Assembly: GCA_030586555.1 (NCBI GenBank)
Contig: JAURAC010000001.1
Location: 113,130 to 177,129, forward strand
Reading direction: 5' to 3'
DNA: 64,000 nucleotides
DNA from: Candidatus Subterrananammoxibius californiae
Lineage (GTDB): Bacteria; Planctomycetota; Brocadiia; Brocadiales; Subterrananammoxibiaceae
The notes below the pieces were generated by a model. The model ran no database searches and was not told the origin of the DNA. It saw only the letters and a list, made by a program, of their open reading frames with translations. Every line of letters starts with the position of its first letter. Positions within the stretch are counted from its first letter, which is position 1. Positions 31,545-41,442 of the stretch are shown one piece after another. The position numbers were made by a program, and so were the translations under genes.

Positions 31545-32580
31545 AAAACTTTCATATAGTTTGGCAATGAACGAAGCCCTTCACCAAATAATGAGTACTG
31601 ATGAATCTGTTTTTGTTATTGGACAAGGTGTCAAAAGCCCTTGGTATGTTGGAAATACCGTCCAGGGTTTGCTTGAGAAATTTGGTCCGGAAAGGGTAAT
31701 TGATACCCCTGTTTCAGAAAATGCATTAACAGGTGTAGCCGTGGGAACGGCTCTTGTTGGCATGAGACCAGTGGTTGTGCATCCCCGTATGGATTTCATG
31801 ATGTTTGCTATGGACCCTATCATCAATGAAGCAGCAAATTGGCATTATATGACTGGTGGGCGGGCATCAGTTCCTGTGGTCATTAGAGGAATAATTAACA
31901 GAGGTGGTGAACAAGCTGCTCAGCATTCGCAGGCAATTCATGCCCTCTTTGCTCATATCCCGGGTTTAAAGGTGGTATTACCTGCGACTCCATATGATGC
32001 AAAGGGATTAATGGTTGCATCAATAAGAGACGATAATCCTGTAATTTACATAGATGACCGTTGGCTTTATCCCGTTGAAGGAGAGGTACCCGAAGACCTT
32101 TATGAGGTACCTTTAGGAAAGGGAATTTGTAGGGTAGAAGGTAGCGACTTAACTATTGTGGCAACTTCGTACATGGTGTTGGAATCTCTCAAGGTATCAG
32201 AAACTCTTTTGGAAGAAGGAATTAGCGTGGAAGTCATTGATTTGCGCACTATTAAACCCTTAGATGAGGAACTCGTCCTTGAATCGGTTAAAAAAACGGG
32301 ACGTCTTGTGATAGCAGATGGCGGTTGGAAGAGTTATGGTACATCTTCAGAGATTTCTGCCATGATAGCAGAAAAAGCATTTGAATACTTAAAATCCCCT
32401 ATCTTACGGGTTACCCTGCCTGACTGTCCAGCGCCAGCCAGTTCTGTTCTTGAAAATGAATATTATCCAAAAAGTAAAAACATTATTTCGGTGGTAAAAA
32501 GGTTATTTCAGAAGGATTATAGAGAGGGGCTTAAATATGGACAAAAAAGTAAAGTATTTCGATTACCCAGTACAGTTTAA
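31528..32580 (+). CDS. ThDP-dependent dehydrogenase E1 beta-like subunit
   Basis: DTPVSE, AAQHSQ, PGLKVV, DLRTIKPLD. Confidence 0.9.
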   Translation: MFTKNRKLSYSLAMNEALHQIMSTDESVFVIGQGVKSPWYVGNTVQGLLEKFGPERVIDTPVSENALTGVAVGTALVGMRPVVVHPRMDFMMFAMDPIINEAANWHYMTGGRASVPVVIRGIINRGGEQAAQHSQAIHALFAHIPGLKVVLPATPYDAKGLMVASIRDDNPVIYIDDRWLYPVEGEVPEDLYEVPLGKGICRVEGSDLTIVATSYMVLESLKVSETLLEEGISVEVIDLRTIKPLDEELVLESVKKTGRLVIADGGWKSYGTSSEISAMIAEKAFEYLKSPILRVTLPDCPAPASSVLENEYYPKSKNIISVVKRLFQKDYREGLKYGQKSKVFRLPSTV

Positions 32581-33655
32581 GGTTCATGAAAAAGAATATA
32601 TGGAGATAATAAGGGAAACCCTTTCTCGAGGTGCATATATACTTTGTGAGGATTTGAAAAGATTTGAAGAAAATCTTGCAAAATTTGTAGGGACAAAATA
32701 TGCCATCGGTGTAGGCAATTGTACAGATGCACTGCTTTTGTCACTTTATGCGGCAGGTATAGGACCTGGGGATGAGGTTATTACTGTCTCACATACCTTT
32801 GTAGCAACGGTTGAAGTTATAAAGTTTTTAGGTGCAAAGCCTGTCTTTGTAGATATTACCGATGACCACAATATGCATGTTGAGCTGGTAGAACCTCTAA
32901 TAAATTCTAAGACAAAGGCAATAGTTCCTGTTCATCTTAATGGACACATTTGCAAAGATATGGATAAACTCATGGCTATTGCAAAAAAGCACAAACTGAT
33001 AATCATTGAAGATGCCGCTCAATCCCTTGGAGCTACATATAAAGGAAAAGGAGCGGGTACTTTCGGACTGTCGGGATGTTTTAGTTTTTATCCTGCAAAA
33101 CTATTAGGCGCTTTCGGGGATGCAGGGGCAATTGTTACAGACGATGCCGAATTTGCAGAGAAGTTAAGAATGATTCGTAATCATGGAAGGGGCAAGGGAA
33201 CAGACATAGGCCTTTGGGGATTAAACTGCAGGATGGATAACGTTCATGCTGCAGTGCTCGACCTTAAATTAAAGAAATTGCCTGATTGGATTAAGAGGCG
33301 AAGGGAAATTGCTAATATGTATAACAGCAGGCTTTCTTCCTTAAAAGAATTGAGATTGCCACCCCCTCCAGAAGAAAATGGCGATTATTACGATGTGTTT
33401 CAGAATTACGAGCTTGAGGCAGAGAGACGAGACGCATTGGTTAAACACCTGAATGAAAACGGTATCGAGGCAATGCTTTCGTGGGGTGGAAAGGGGGTGC
33501 ATCAATTTAATGCCCTCGGTCTTAACAATTTTAAATTACCTCGGACCGAGGAATTTTTTAGTAAAGCCATAATGTTGCCAATGTATCCAGAACTAAAGGA
33601 TGAACAAATAAGATATATTGTGCAGGCGATAAAAGATTTCTATGCAAAAAGGTGA
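32537..33655 (+). CDS. DegT/DnrJ/EryC1/StrS PLP sugar aminotransferase
   Basis: EDAAQ, SFYPAKLLG.FGDAG, GLNCRMD. Confidence 0.92.
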   Translation: MDKKVKYFDYPVQFKVHEKEYMEIIRETLSRGAYILCEDLKRFEENLAKFVGTKYAIGVGNCTDALLLSLYAAGIGPGDEVITVSHTFVATVEVIKFLGAKPVFVDITDDHNMHVELVEPLINSKTKAIVPVHLNGHICKDMDKLMAIAKKHKLIIIEDAAQSLGATYKGKGAGTFGLSGCFSFYPAKLLGAFGDAGAIVTDDAEFAEKLRMIRNHGRGKGTDIGLWGLNCRMDNVHAAVLDLKLKKLPDWIKRRREIANMYNSRLSSLKELRLPPPPEENGDYYDVFQNYELEAERRDALVKHLNENGIEAMLSWGGKGVHQFNALGLNNFKLPRTEEFFSKAIMLPMYPELKDEQIRYIVQAIKDFYAKR

Positions 33656-33702
33656 AAAGGTAAAGAGGAGAAAAGGTTAGCCTTTTAACCTCTTAGCCTC
33701 TG
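33647..33702. repeat. Inverted octamer array (AAAAGGTN x4 / ANCCTYTT x3), possible bidirectional terminator
   Basis: aaaaggtg aaaaggta aagaggag aaaaggtt | agcctttt aacctctt agcctctg, spanning the degT stop and the stop of the displaced fabF end. Confidence 0.75.
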
Positions 33703-33784
33703 CTTATTATCAGGCTTACGTTGTGGCCGCCGAAACCAAATGAGTTGGACATGACAGTATTGAGTTTCATTTCTCTGTCTTCAT
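33693..33784 (-). pseudogene. Displaced duplicate of the fabF 3' end
   Basis: 33700-33784 matches 34603-34687 at 77/85 nt without gaps; translates [33 protein letters not shown]. Confidence 0.92.
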
Positions 33785-33947
33785 CTTCAAAACAAGTCCT
33801 TTCATACTTCTTCGTGCGACAAGTTTCTATGGTTGCATATCTCTAAAAATTGTAGTACACTATAAATGAAAATTCGTTTTCATTTCATCTATATCCCGGA
33901 CCGCTTTGATATAAATCAACTTTTGAGAATGCTTTAGAGGGGAGTTT

Positions 33948-34280
33948 GTGTTAAAGGAAGTAAAGTTTACAATAATGTTGACTCCAGAAGATAGATACCA
34001 TCATAGTCATGTAAGATTTAAAGGAGATATCTTAAGTTTTGCGATACAATATGAAACTAAATCAGAGGGTGAGTGGTTACCTGTGGTAAGGTATGATACA
34101 GGACACGGCTTTGCGCATCGAGACCTTTTAAATAAAAAGGGTAAAAAACAAAAGACCCCGATTTTTGCAAAGGATTACAACGAATCATTAACTTTTGCTG
34201 AGTACGATATTAAATCTAACTGGAAAATCTATAAGCAAGCATTTTTAGGAGGCGACAGAAATGGAGACACTGAAAGATAA
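33948..34280 (+). CDS. Small RYDxxHG-motif protein, putative toxin of a two-gene module
   Basis: 110 aa, VVRYDTGHGFAHRD motif (DUF7718/TumE-like by recall), SD ggggag upstream, overlaps the downstream partner gene. Confidence 0.65.
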   Translation: MLKEVKFTIMLTPEDRYHHSHVRFKGDILSFAIQYETKSEGEWLPVVRYDTGHGFAHRDLLNKKGKKQKTPIFAKDYNESLTFAEYDIKSNWKIYKQAFLGGDRNGDTER

Positions 34281-34536
34281 GTTCTTTGAAAGGAATTCTG
34301 AACTGAGCATGGAGTTTAGTAAATATGTTTTGGAACATCCTGAAATGGATGACTTTCTGGCAGAAGAAAGGGTAACAGTCTTCCTGCCTGAATTTGATCC
34401 CGAACTCAGAGAGTTCAACATGAGGATAGCTAAGGATATTGAAGCCAAAGGAGGGAAAGTGCTTTATGTGAAAGTGAAACAAATATCCCCAAAGATTACC
34501 TCGAGATTAATTGGGGTTGAGGTGGTTGCGAATTAA
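34261..34536 (+). CDS. Small acidic protein (DUF5647-like), putative antitoxin
   Basis: 91 aa, EF.KYV.EHPE...LPE.DPEL...N pattern; SD aggagg; coupled to the upstream gene. Confidence 0.6.
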   Translation: METLKDKFFERNSELSMEFSKYVLEHPEMDDFLAEERVTVFLPEFDPELREFNMRIAKDIEAKGGKVLYVKVKQISPKITSRLIGVEVVAN

Positions 34537-34592
34537 ATTGGGCAACACTAAGGTGAATAAAATTAATTAGCTAATCATTATTTCCTTAAAAG

Positions 34593-35837
34593 CTATGTAT
34601 ACCTGCCTATTATCAGACTAACGTTGTGGCCACCGAAACCAAATGAGTTGGACATGACGGTATTGAGTTTTATTTTTCTGGCTTCATTGGGCACGAAGTC
34701 GAGACCGCCACATTCCGGGTCCGGTGTTTCATAATTAATGGTGGGTGGGACTACGTTATGTTGAAGTGCAAGCACGCAGATTAAAAGTTCAACACTGCCT
34801 GCGGCTCCCAGTTGATGTCCCAGCATGGATTTGGTTGAGCTGATAACAAGCTTATTGGCATGTTGGTTAAAGACCGTCTTAATCGCCTTTATTTCTACTT
34901 CATCGCCCAAGGGCGTAGAAGTGGCGTGGGCATTAATATATGAAACGTCCTCAGGGGTACATTGCGCATCATCAAGTGCACTACGCATGGATGAACAAGC
35001 GCCTCGACCTTCAGGGTCTGGTGCAGCGATATGGGAAGCGTCTGCGCTCTTGCCGTACCCGATTAATTCCGCATAGATTTCAGCGTTTCTTTGCTTTGCA
35101 TGATTTAATTCTTCGAGTACAACAATACCAGCACCTTCAGAGATAACAAAGCCATCCCTGTCTTTATCAAAAGGACGGCTTGCCTTTTCTGGGGCGCTAT
35201 TCCTTGTAGAAAGAGCCTTCATGGAGCTAAACCCGCTCACACAGAGGGGGGTGATTGTCGCCTCGCTTCCACCAGCAATCATGACATCGGCTTCACCCAT
35301 CTGGACAATCCTGAATGCTTCACCAATAGCATGGGCGCCTGAGGCGCAAGCGCTAACTATGGAAAAGTTTGGACCGTATATTTCATACTTTATGGCTACC
35401 TGGCCGGGCGCTGCGTTGACCATGAGCCTCGGAATCATAAAGGGTGAGACCCTTGACGGGCCTTTTTGAAGCAGGATAGTGTGCTGTTCTTCAATTTCAT
35501 GTATGCCGCCGATGCCTGAACCAATAACGACGCCAATCTTATTACGGTCGGTCTTATTAAAGTCTAACCCGGCATCCTCAACGGCTGCAGTTGAAGCAGC
35601 AACGGCAAACTGCACGAAGCGGTCAAGCCTTCTAACTTGTTTTTGGTCAAACCACCGGGTAGGGTCAAAATCCTGAACTTCACCTGCTATGTGAACCTCA
35701 CAGTTGGATGTGTCGAAAAGAGTGATTTCTTTAATCCCACTTTTGCCTTCAACTAACGATGACCACAATAATTTCTTGTCTTGACCTAAGGGGGTGATTG
35801 CACCTAAACCTGTAATTACGACTCTGCGCCCCCGCAT
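34593..35837 (-). CDS. fabF: 3-oxoacyl-ACP synthase II
   Basis: [37 protein letters not shown]. Confidence 0.97.
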   Translation of the reverse strand: MRGRRVVITGLGAITPLGQDKKLLWSSLVEGKSGIKEITLFDTSNCEVHIAGEVQDFDPTRWFDQKQVRRLDRFVQFAVAASTAAVEDAGLDFNKTDRNKIGVVIGSGIGGIHEIEEQHTILLQKGPSRVSPFMIPRLMVNAAPGQVAIKYEIYGPNFSIVSACASGAHAIGEAFRIVQMGEADVMIAGGSEATITPLCVSGFSSMKALSTRNSAPEKASRPFDKDRDGFVISEGAGIVVLEELNHAKQRNAEIYAELIGYGKSADASHIAAPDPEGRGACSSMRSALDDAQCTPEDVSYINAHATSTPLGDEVEIKAIKTVFNQHANKLVISSTKSMLGHQLGAAGSVELLICVLALQHNVVPPTINYETPDPECGGLDFVPNEARKIKLNTVMSNSFGFGGHNVSLIIGRYT

Positions 35838-36076
35838 TTATTAACTCTCTCCTCAATATAATTTATTGCGTCTCCGATTGTTTGAATCTTCTCAGCATCT
35901 TCGTCAGGAATGTTCATATCGAAGGCGTTCTCAAACTCCATTATTAGTTCAACGGTATCTAATGAATCTGCTCCCAAATCATTCACAAAGGATGTCTGTT
36001 CAGTAATCTGATCGTTGTTTACACCCATCTGCTTACTAACAATACCCCTTACTTTTTCTGCAACTGACTCTGGCAC
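35816..36076 (-). CDS. acpP: Acyl carrier protein
   Basis: DLGADSLD phosphopantetheine site, [12 protein letters not shown] start with SD ggagg. Confidence 0.96.
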   Translation of the reverse strand: MPESVAEKVRGIVSKQMGVNNDQITEQTSFVNDLGADSLDTVELIMEFENAFDMNIPDEDAEKIQTIGDAINYIEERVNKCGGAES

Positions 36077-36154
36077 GGCCTTTTCCTCCTTACTACAAAT
36101 TCGATTTTAAGAAAACCATATACTTATCATTCCGCAATCCAAAATCCACAATCG

Positions 36155-36898
36155 TTACATTGCCAGACCCCCATCTATTTGCAAGACATGGCCCGTGATA
36201 TAATCAGCATCAGGACTTACAAGAAACAGGATGCCTTTTGCAATGTCAGATGGACTACCAAATCTATTTAAAGGAATGGCTTTTAATGCAGCATCTTTAA
36301 TATATTCATTAAGCGAATCAGTCATTTCTGTGGTAATGAAGCCCGGGGCAACTGCGTTAACAGTAATTCCCCGTGACGATAATTCTTTAGCGGCAGATTT
36401 TGTTAGACCAATAATACCTGCCTTTGATGCCGCATAGTTACATTGCCCGCGATTTCCAGTAATTCCAGATACGGAGGAAACATTGACAATCTTTCCTGTC
36501 TTTTGTTTTAGCATATAACGAGCAACTATTTTTATTGCAAAGAACATCCCTTTAAGATTGGTATCAAGGACCTGGTCCCATTCATCCTCAGTCATCCGTA
36601 TTATAAGATTGTCCCTTGCTACACCAGCGTTATTGATAAGAATGTCTATTCGCCCAAACTTATTGAAGACGTCCTCAAAGACCTGTGCGAGCCGTGGGAA
36701 ATCGGTTACATCTGCTTTATACGCAAGTGCTTCAGCGCCTTTCGCCCTTGCCCGAGAGGCAGTTTCTTCTGCAAGTTCTAACCTTCGGGCAATGGCAATA
36801 ACCCTGGCTCCAGCAGAGGCGAGTACAAGAACCGTCTCCTTGCCAATCCCACTTGAGGCACCAGTCACGATTGCCACCTTGCCACTTAATACAGACAT
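36155..36898 (-). CDS. fabG: 3-oxoacyl-ACP reductase
   Basis: TGASSGIG, NNAG, NYAASK, APGFITTEMT, IDGGL; fab operon context. Confidence 0.95.
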   Translation of the reverse strand: MSVLSGKVAIVTGASSGIGKETVLVLASAGARVIAIARRLELAEETASRARAKGAEALAYKADVTDFPRLAQVFEDVFNKFGRIDILINNAGVARDNLIIRMTEDEWDQVLDTNLKGMFFAIKIVARYMLKQKTGKIVNVSSVSGITGNRGQCNYAASKAGIIGLTKSAAKELSSRGITVNAVAPGFITTEMTDSLNEYIKDAALKAIPLNRFGSPSDIAKGILFLVSPDADYITGHVLQIDGGLAM

Positions 36899-36928
36899 TT
36901 TCAAACCTTATTTTAATGGAATTGCAAT

Positions 36929-37855
36929 TTAAAATGGACCAAATGACTGGATGCCTTCGAGATTCTTTGTACTCTTAGTAGAATCAATTCTCCTTAAAAG
37001 ACCTGATAAGACCCTCCCAGGACCGAATTCATAGAACTCCTCAAAGCCGTCGTGGATTAGTTGCTTCATAGACTGACACCAGCGCACCGGGCTGGCAAGT
37101 TGTTTAATTAAAGATGCCTTTATTTCTTCCGGCTTCTTTATGTATTGTCCAGTAACATTTGCCACAACAAGTATCTGGGCTTCTGTTATTTTCACCTTTT
37201 CAAGCTCCCTCTCAATCCTTTCACAAGCGCAGGTCATAAGGTTTGAATGAAATGCCCCATTTACCTGCAAAGGTATTACCCTTGCGCCTTTTTCTTTAGC
37301 AATTAAGGAGGCTTTTTCTATAGCCTTTTTCTCTCCAGAAATAACCACCTGTCCAGGACTATTATAGTTTGCCGCACAGACATGTCCGAACTGAGTAGCC
37401 TCTTTGCAAATCTCCTCAACCTTCTCATCTTCCAGACCAAGGATGGAAGTCATCCCACCCGGACGTTCATTACAGGCTTCCTGCATAAACTTCCCGCGCT
37501 TGTAAACGAGCTGTACAGCATCTTCAAAGCTCAGAGCCCCGGCAAAGACTAACGCCGTATATTCCCCAAGACTTAAACCTGCAACTGCGTGGCATTCAGC
37601 CATACCATTGTTTTTAAAATGCCTGTAACTCTCAACGGCTGCAATACTCGTTACTAAAATAGCGGGCTGACACATGGAAGTTTGATTAAGCTCTTCAGAA
37701 CGTCCATTAAAGCAGATACTTGCAAGGTCAAAACCCAATACTTCGTTTGCCTTTTGGAAGACACGCTTAGCCTCATCGAAATGCTGGCACAAATCCTTAC
37801 CCATTCCAACATATTGTGCGCCCTGACCGGGGAAAAGGAATGCTCTTTTAACCAT
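36929..37855 (-). CDS. fabD: Malonyl-CoA:ACP transacylase
   Basis: FLFPGQGAQ, GLSLGEY, GAFHS; start taken at MVKRAF because the longer ORF's N-terminus is a heptamer repeat. Confidence 0.95.
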   Translation of the reverse strand: MVKRAFLFPGQGAQYVGMGKDLCQHFDEAKRVFQKANEVLGFDLASICFNGRSEELNQTSMCQPAILVTSIAAVESYRHFKNNGMAECHAVAGLSLGEYTALVFAGALSFEDAVQLVYKRGKFMQEACNERPGGMTSILGLEDEKVEEICKEATQFGHVCAANYNSPGQVVISGEKKAIEKASLIAKEKGARVIPLQVNGAFHSNLMTCACERIERELEKVKITEAQILVVANVTGQYIKKPEEIKASLIKQLASPVRWCQSMKQLIHDGFEEFYEFGPGRVLSGLLRRIDSTKSTKNLEGIQSFGPF

Positions 37856-37917
37856 CTTAGAATCCAATTTCCATTTTTTTTTGATTTGGGATTTTTGATT
37901 TGGAATTTTTTTAATAT

Positions 37918-38919
37918 CTACCACCTGATTACGGAAGAACTCCAGGTTAAACCTCCGCCAAAGGCTGCAAGAAGGACTATATCTCCGGCTTTTAATCTTC
38001 CACTCTTGCTTACCTCGTCAATAGCAATAGGCACAGAGGCAGATGAAGTGTTGCCATACCTGTCAATATTAAAATATGCTTTTTCCATCGGTACCCCAAG
38101 CTTTTCCATCGTGGCTTCGATAATACGAAAATTACTCTGGTGGGGAATAAACAGGTCAACGTCATCCACCGTTAAACCGCACTTTTCAATCGTATCATTG
38201 ATAAGATCCGTCAGAGTATTTATGGCAAGCTTAAATACTTCCTTGCCTCGAAACTTAATAAAATGCATGCGCTCATCAATCGTCTGATAAGAGGTGGGCA
38301 TCTTTGACCCACCAGCAGGAAGGGTTAAGATACCTGCCTGGGAGCCATCGGCTCCTAAATAGGTTGCGAGGATTTCGTGCCGTCCTTTGCTTTTTTGAAT
38401 TACAGCAGCCCCGGCACCGTCTCCGAATAGTATGCAGGATGTTCTGTCAGTATAATCAGTAATTTTTGATAGGCACTCCGCTCCGATAATAAGCGCGGTA
38501 TCCGCTGCGCCAGAGCTTACATAACACTGCCCAATAGAAAGTGCATAAACAAATCCAGCACATGCCGCAAGCACGTCAAAAGCTCCAGCACCAGTAGCGC
38601 CTATCTTTTCCTGAACGTAGCAGGATGTAGAAGGAAATAGCGTATCAGGGGTGATAGTGGATGTAATAATTAAATCCACGTCCTTGGGCGATACGCCAGC
38701 ATCTTCAATAGCTCGTAAAGCCGCTTGTGTGGCTAAATCCGATGTTGCAAGCCCATTATCCACAATGCGTCTTTCCTTTATACCCGTCCGTTTTGTTATC
38801 CATTCATCACTTGTATCCACCATCTTTTCAAGGTCATGGTTTGTCAGAACCTTCTCAGGTAGATAAGCGCCAGTACCAACAATGGACACCTTTCTTATTT
38901 CTTTTGTAGACTTAGTCAT
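37918..38919 (-). CDS. fabH: 3-oxoacyl-ACP synthase III
   Basis: RTGIKERR, AACAGF, LFGDGAGA, PHQSN, GNTSSAS, FGGGLTW. Confidence 0.96.
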   Translation of the reverse strand: MTKSTKEIRKVSIVGTGAYLPEKVLTNHDLEKMVDTSDEWITKRTGIKERRIVDNGLATSDLATQAALRAIEDAGVSPKDVDLIITSTITPDTLFPSTSCYVQEKIGATGAGAFDVLAACAGFVYALSIGQCYVSSGAADTALIIGAECLSKITDYTDRTSCILFGDGAGAAVIQKSKGRHEILATYLGADGSQAGILTLPAGGSKMPTSYQTIDERMHFIKFRGKEVFKLAINTLTDLINDTIEKCGLTVDDVDLFIPHQSNFRIIEATMEKLGVPMEKAYFNIDRYGNTSSASVPIAIDEVSKSGRLKAGDIVLLAAFGGGLTWSSSVIRW

Positions 38920-38928
38920 AGTTTTTAA

Positions 38929-38945
38929 ATCCGCCTCAGGCGGAT
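38929..38945. repeat. TCCGCCTNAGGCGGA mini-palindrome (copy supplying the plsX stop); further copies at 49494-49508, 49551-49567, 50973-50987 and 59906-59920
   Basis: Five near-identical 15-17 bp palindromes read directly from the sequence. Confidence 0.9.
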
Positions 38946-39949
38946 GCAACGTATGAAGCCTTAGTTTCGAGTTCTGAAACAATGTGTTTATTTACCTGGT
39001 GCATTCCCAATTGCACAGTTTCTTTTATTGCACTACGGATTGCCTTTGAATCCGAACTGCCATGACTAATTATGCAGATTCCATCCACGCCTAACAAGAG
39101 TACCCCTCCATACTCTGTGTAATCGTTTTTGTTCCACAATCCTTCCCAAACCGGCATGCATAGACTCATGCCAAGCCTTGTCAAAAGTGTTTTCGATGCC
39201 TCCGTTTTAAATGCTTTAAGGATACTTTGAGAAAGCCCTTCAATGGTCTTTATCAATATGTTTCCAACAAATCCATCACAAACCGCTACATCAAGTTTGC
39301 CACCAAAGATGTCACGCCCTTCCACATTGCCAACAAAATTTATAGGGGCGTGGGAAAGGAGCTCAAATGTCTCCTTAACAAGTTCATTGCCTTTTACATC
39401 CTCTTCGCCTATGTTCAACAGGCCAACCCGCGGCTCTTCTACTTTGAGTGTATATTTACAAACGATAGAAGCCATCCGTGCATACTGAAGCAGATGGTCT
39501 GGTTTACACTTTATGTTAGCGCCAACATCTATGATTGTGCAAATTCCCGCATGAGTAGGAACTGCGGCTGCAATACCAGGGCGTTTGACACCTTTCAGCG
39601 AGCGAAGGAACATACTGCAAGCCGCTACGGTTGCTCCTGTATGCCCTGCGCTAACAACAGCATCTGCTTCGCCATTAGCCACCAGTTTAACGCTCTTCGT
39701 TATGGAGGAATCAATCTTTTGACGCAATGCCGTAGTAGCTGGTTCATCCATTCCCACGACCTGTGATGCGTGATGAACACGAATATTCTTCGGGCAATCA
39801 CCAATTGAAGAAAGTTCGCTATTTACCCGTTTCTCATCCCCAACGAGTATTATTTCAACGTCTTTTAATTTTTGCGCAGATTGAACCGCTCCCTTGACAA
39901 TCTCGTTAGGGGCATAGTCTCCGCCCATTGCGTCAACTGCTATTCTCAT
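38936..39949 (-). CDS. plsX: Phosphate acyltransferase
   Basis: IAVDAMGGD, SAGHTGA, DVGAN, LLNIGEE..KG, DGFVGN, HGSS. Confidence 0.96.
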   Translation of the reverse strand: MRIAVDAMGGDYAPNEIVKGAVQSAQKLKDVEIILVGDEKRVNSELSSIGDCPKNIRVHHASQVVGMDEPATTALRQKIDSSITKSVKLVANGEADAVVSAGHTGATVAACSMFLRSLKGVKRPGIAAAVPTHAGICTIIDVGANIKCKPDHLLQYARMASIVCKYTLKVEEPRVGLLNIGEEDVKGNELVKETFELLSHAPINFVGNVEGRDIFGGKLDVAVCDGFVGNILIKTIEGLSQSILKAFKTEASKTLLTRLGMSLCMPVWEGLWNKNDYTEYGGVLLLGVDGICIISHGSSDSKAIRSAIKETVQLGMHQVNKHIVSELETKASYVASA

Positions 39950-39952
39950 AAC

Positions 39953-40183
39953 TTATACCCTTTGAATGGCAACAACCTGTTTGCCACGATAATAACCACA
40001 GTTGCCACAAATAGAGTGAGGCATTTTTATCTGCTTGCAATGGGAACAGATATACCGTTTTGAGCGTCCACCAGGGGAGCTTCGCAGACGTTCAAAGAGA
40101 GGAATGGTTATCGGCTCTAAAGCATCGTGTGCACGCCTGCTTCCCGTCCTTGCCCTTGAATGTTTTCTTTTTGGATTTGGCAT
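39953..40183 (-). CDS. rpmF: 50S ribosomal protein L32 (Zn-ribbon type, long linker)
   Basis: MPNPKRKHS...RRAH, CSHC..PH..CGNCGYYRG; upstream of plsX. Confidence 0.93.
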   Translation of the reverse strand: MPNPKRKHSRARTGSRRAHDALEPITIPLFERLRSSPGGRSKRYICSHCKQIKMPHSICGNCGYYRGKQVVAIQRV

Positions 40184-40301
40184 TTTTTTTATCCTTCTGT
40201 TTATTTTTTTGCTTACTTTCTTTCGGAAAAAGTAAGCAGTACCCCTATTCCCTTAATTTTTTTAAGGTTATGAGATAATATTTATCACCTTGAAAACTAA
40301 T

Positions 40302-40330
40302 ATTTTATAATTATATTTTATCCTTGTCAA
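40302..40330 (-). promoter_or_regulatory. Sigma70 promoter for the rpmF-plsX-fab operon
   Basis: TTGACA-17 nt-TAAAAT on the minus strand. Confidence 0.75.
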
Positions 40331-40440
40331 GGAAAAAAGACAGGCTGTGAGTATAGAGCAAATTTTTAAAAACCCGAACACGTTTATTTTGCAGAGATTA
40401 GGACATTTTTACCTTGTCATTACAGCAAAAAATAATTTTC

Positions 40441-40469
40441 TTGACACCCTCTGTCTGTTTAATTAGAAT
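40441..40469 (+). promoter_or_regulatory. Sigma70 promoter for the parA-like gene
   Basis: TTGACA-17 nt-TAGAAT. Confidence 0.75.
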
Positions 40470-40572
40470 GCTTTTTTGTATAGAAAAAGACCATGGGGGG
40501 TGGGCGCGCTTTTCGAATTGCATCCATACCTTGTTTTATTAGTTAAATGTATAAACCGGGGAGGTTGTTCCG

Positions 40573-41442
40573 GTGAGATGTATTGCGTTAGCAAATCAGA
40601 AGGGTGGGGTGGGGAAGACAACCTCAACTGCAAATCTTGGCGCATGTCTTGCTCTGCTTGGTAAGAAGGTGCTTGTAATAGACCTTGACCCGCAGGCAAA
40701 TCTGAGTATCCACCTCGGCGTTAATATATACGAGAATAATCGTTCAGTCTACCACTTGATTAGTGGAAGCTGCAAGCCTGACGAGGTCATCTCAAAGACC
40801 GAAATAGAGAATCTTCATATAATACCGTCCAATATTGACCTTGCGGGGGCGGAAATAGAGCTTGTAGGCATTGTAGGGCGTGAAATAATACTCAAGGAAA
40901 ACCTTGGCAATATACTTGAAAGGTATGATTACGTGCTGATTGACTGCCCGCCATCACTCGGTCTTTTAACACTTAACGCCCTTACTACTGCAAATGAAAT
41001 CTTTATCCCACTCCAGACGGAGTTTTTCGCCCTTCAGGGTGTGAGCAAGCTGATGGAGACCTTCGAAATTGTACGAAAGAGGCTAAACCATAATTTGGAA
41101 ATCAGCGGAATTATCCCGTGTATGCATGCTGCACGGACAAAATTAAATCAGGAAGTCCTTGAAAAGATAAAAAATTATTTTGAAGACAAGGTATTTAAAA
41201 CGATTATAAGAAAGAATATTAAACTTTCGGAGTCTCCAAGCTACGGCAAACCAATTGTAACCTACGAGCCAGCATCACACGGCGCAGAGGATTATATGGC
41301 ACTTGCAAAGGAGGTAATTGCTCGGGAGAACAGGCTTGGTGATACAGTCACCGCACCCGTTGACCCTTCAACACAAAAGGTTGTGCCACAACAAACTGAT
41401 ATGCATTTGGAACAATGTGAGCAAATAGAGGTAAATCTATGA
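40573..41442 (+). CDS. ParA/Soj family ATPase
   Basis: NQKGGVGKTT, DLDPQAN, IDCPPSLG, IRKNIKLSESPSYG; GTG start with SD ggaggt. Confidence 0.95.
   Translation: MRCIALANQKGGVGKTTSTANLGACLALLGKKVLVIDLDPQANLSIHLGVNIYENNRSVYHLISGSCKPDEVISKTEIENLHIIPSNIDLAGAEIELVGIVGREIILKENLGNILERYDYVLIDCPPSLGLLTLNALTTANEIFIPLQTEFFALQGVSKLMETFEIVRKRLNHNLEISGIIPCMHAARTKLNQEVLEKIKNYFEDKVFKTIIRKNIKLSESPSYGKPIVTYEPASHGAEDYMALAKEVIARENRLGDTVTAPVDPSTQKVVPQQTDMHLEQCEQIEVNL

Noticed and set aside
30552..32580. Housekeeping pyruvate dehydrogenase pdhAB
   Set aside because: No E2/E3 nearby and the pair is translationally coupled within a glycan operon, so gene symbols were withheld.
33700..34687. Diversity-generating retroelement TR/VR pair at the fabF 3' end
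   Set aside because: Mismatches are not adenine-specific, core changes are synonymous, and no reverse transcriptase is present.
37856..38982. N-terminal extensions of FabD (MVDIKKIPNQKSQ) and FabH (MFQN...HPPEAD) in the ORF track
   Set aside because: They are translations of a heptamer array and of the TCCGCC palindrome and overlap upstream genes; downstream ATGs fit the family starts.
34593..40183. Ladderane biosynthesis cluster
   Set aside because: Gene order is the standard rpmF-plsX-fabHDG-acpP-fabF operon; the radical SAM genes are about 18-26 kb away inside the glycan cluster.
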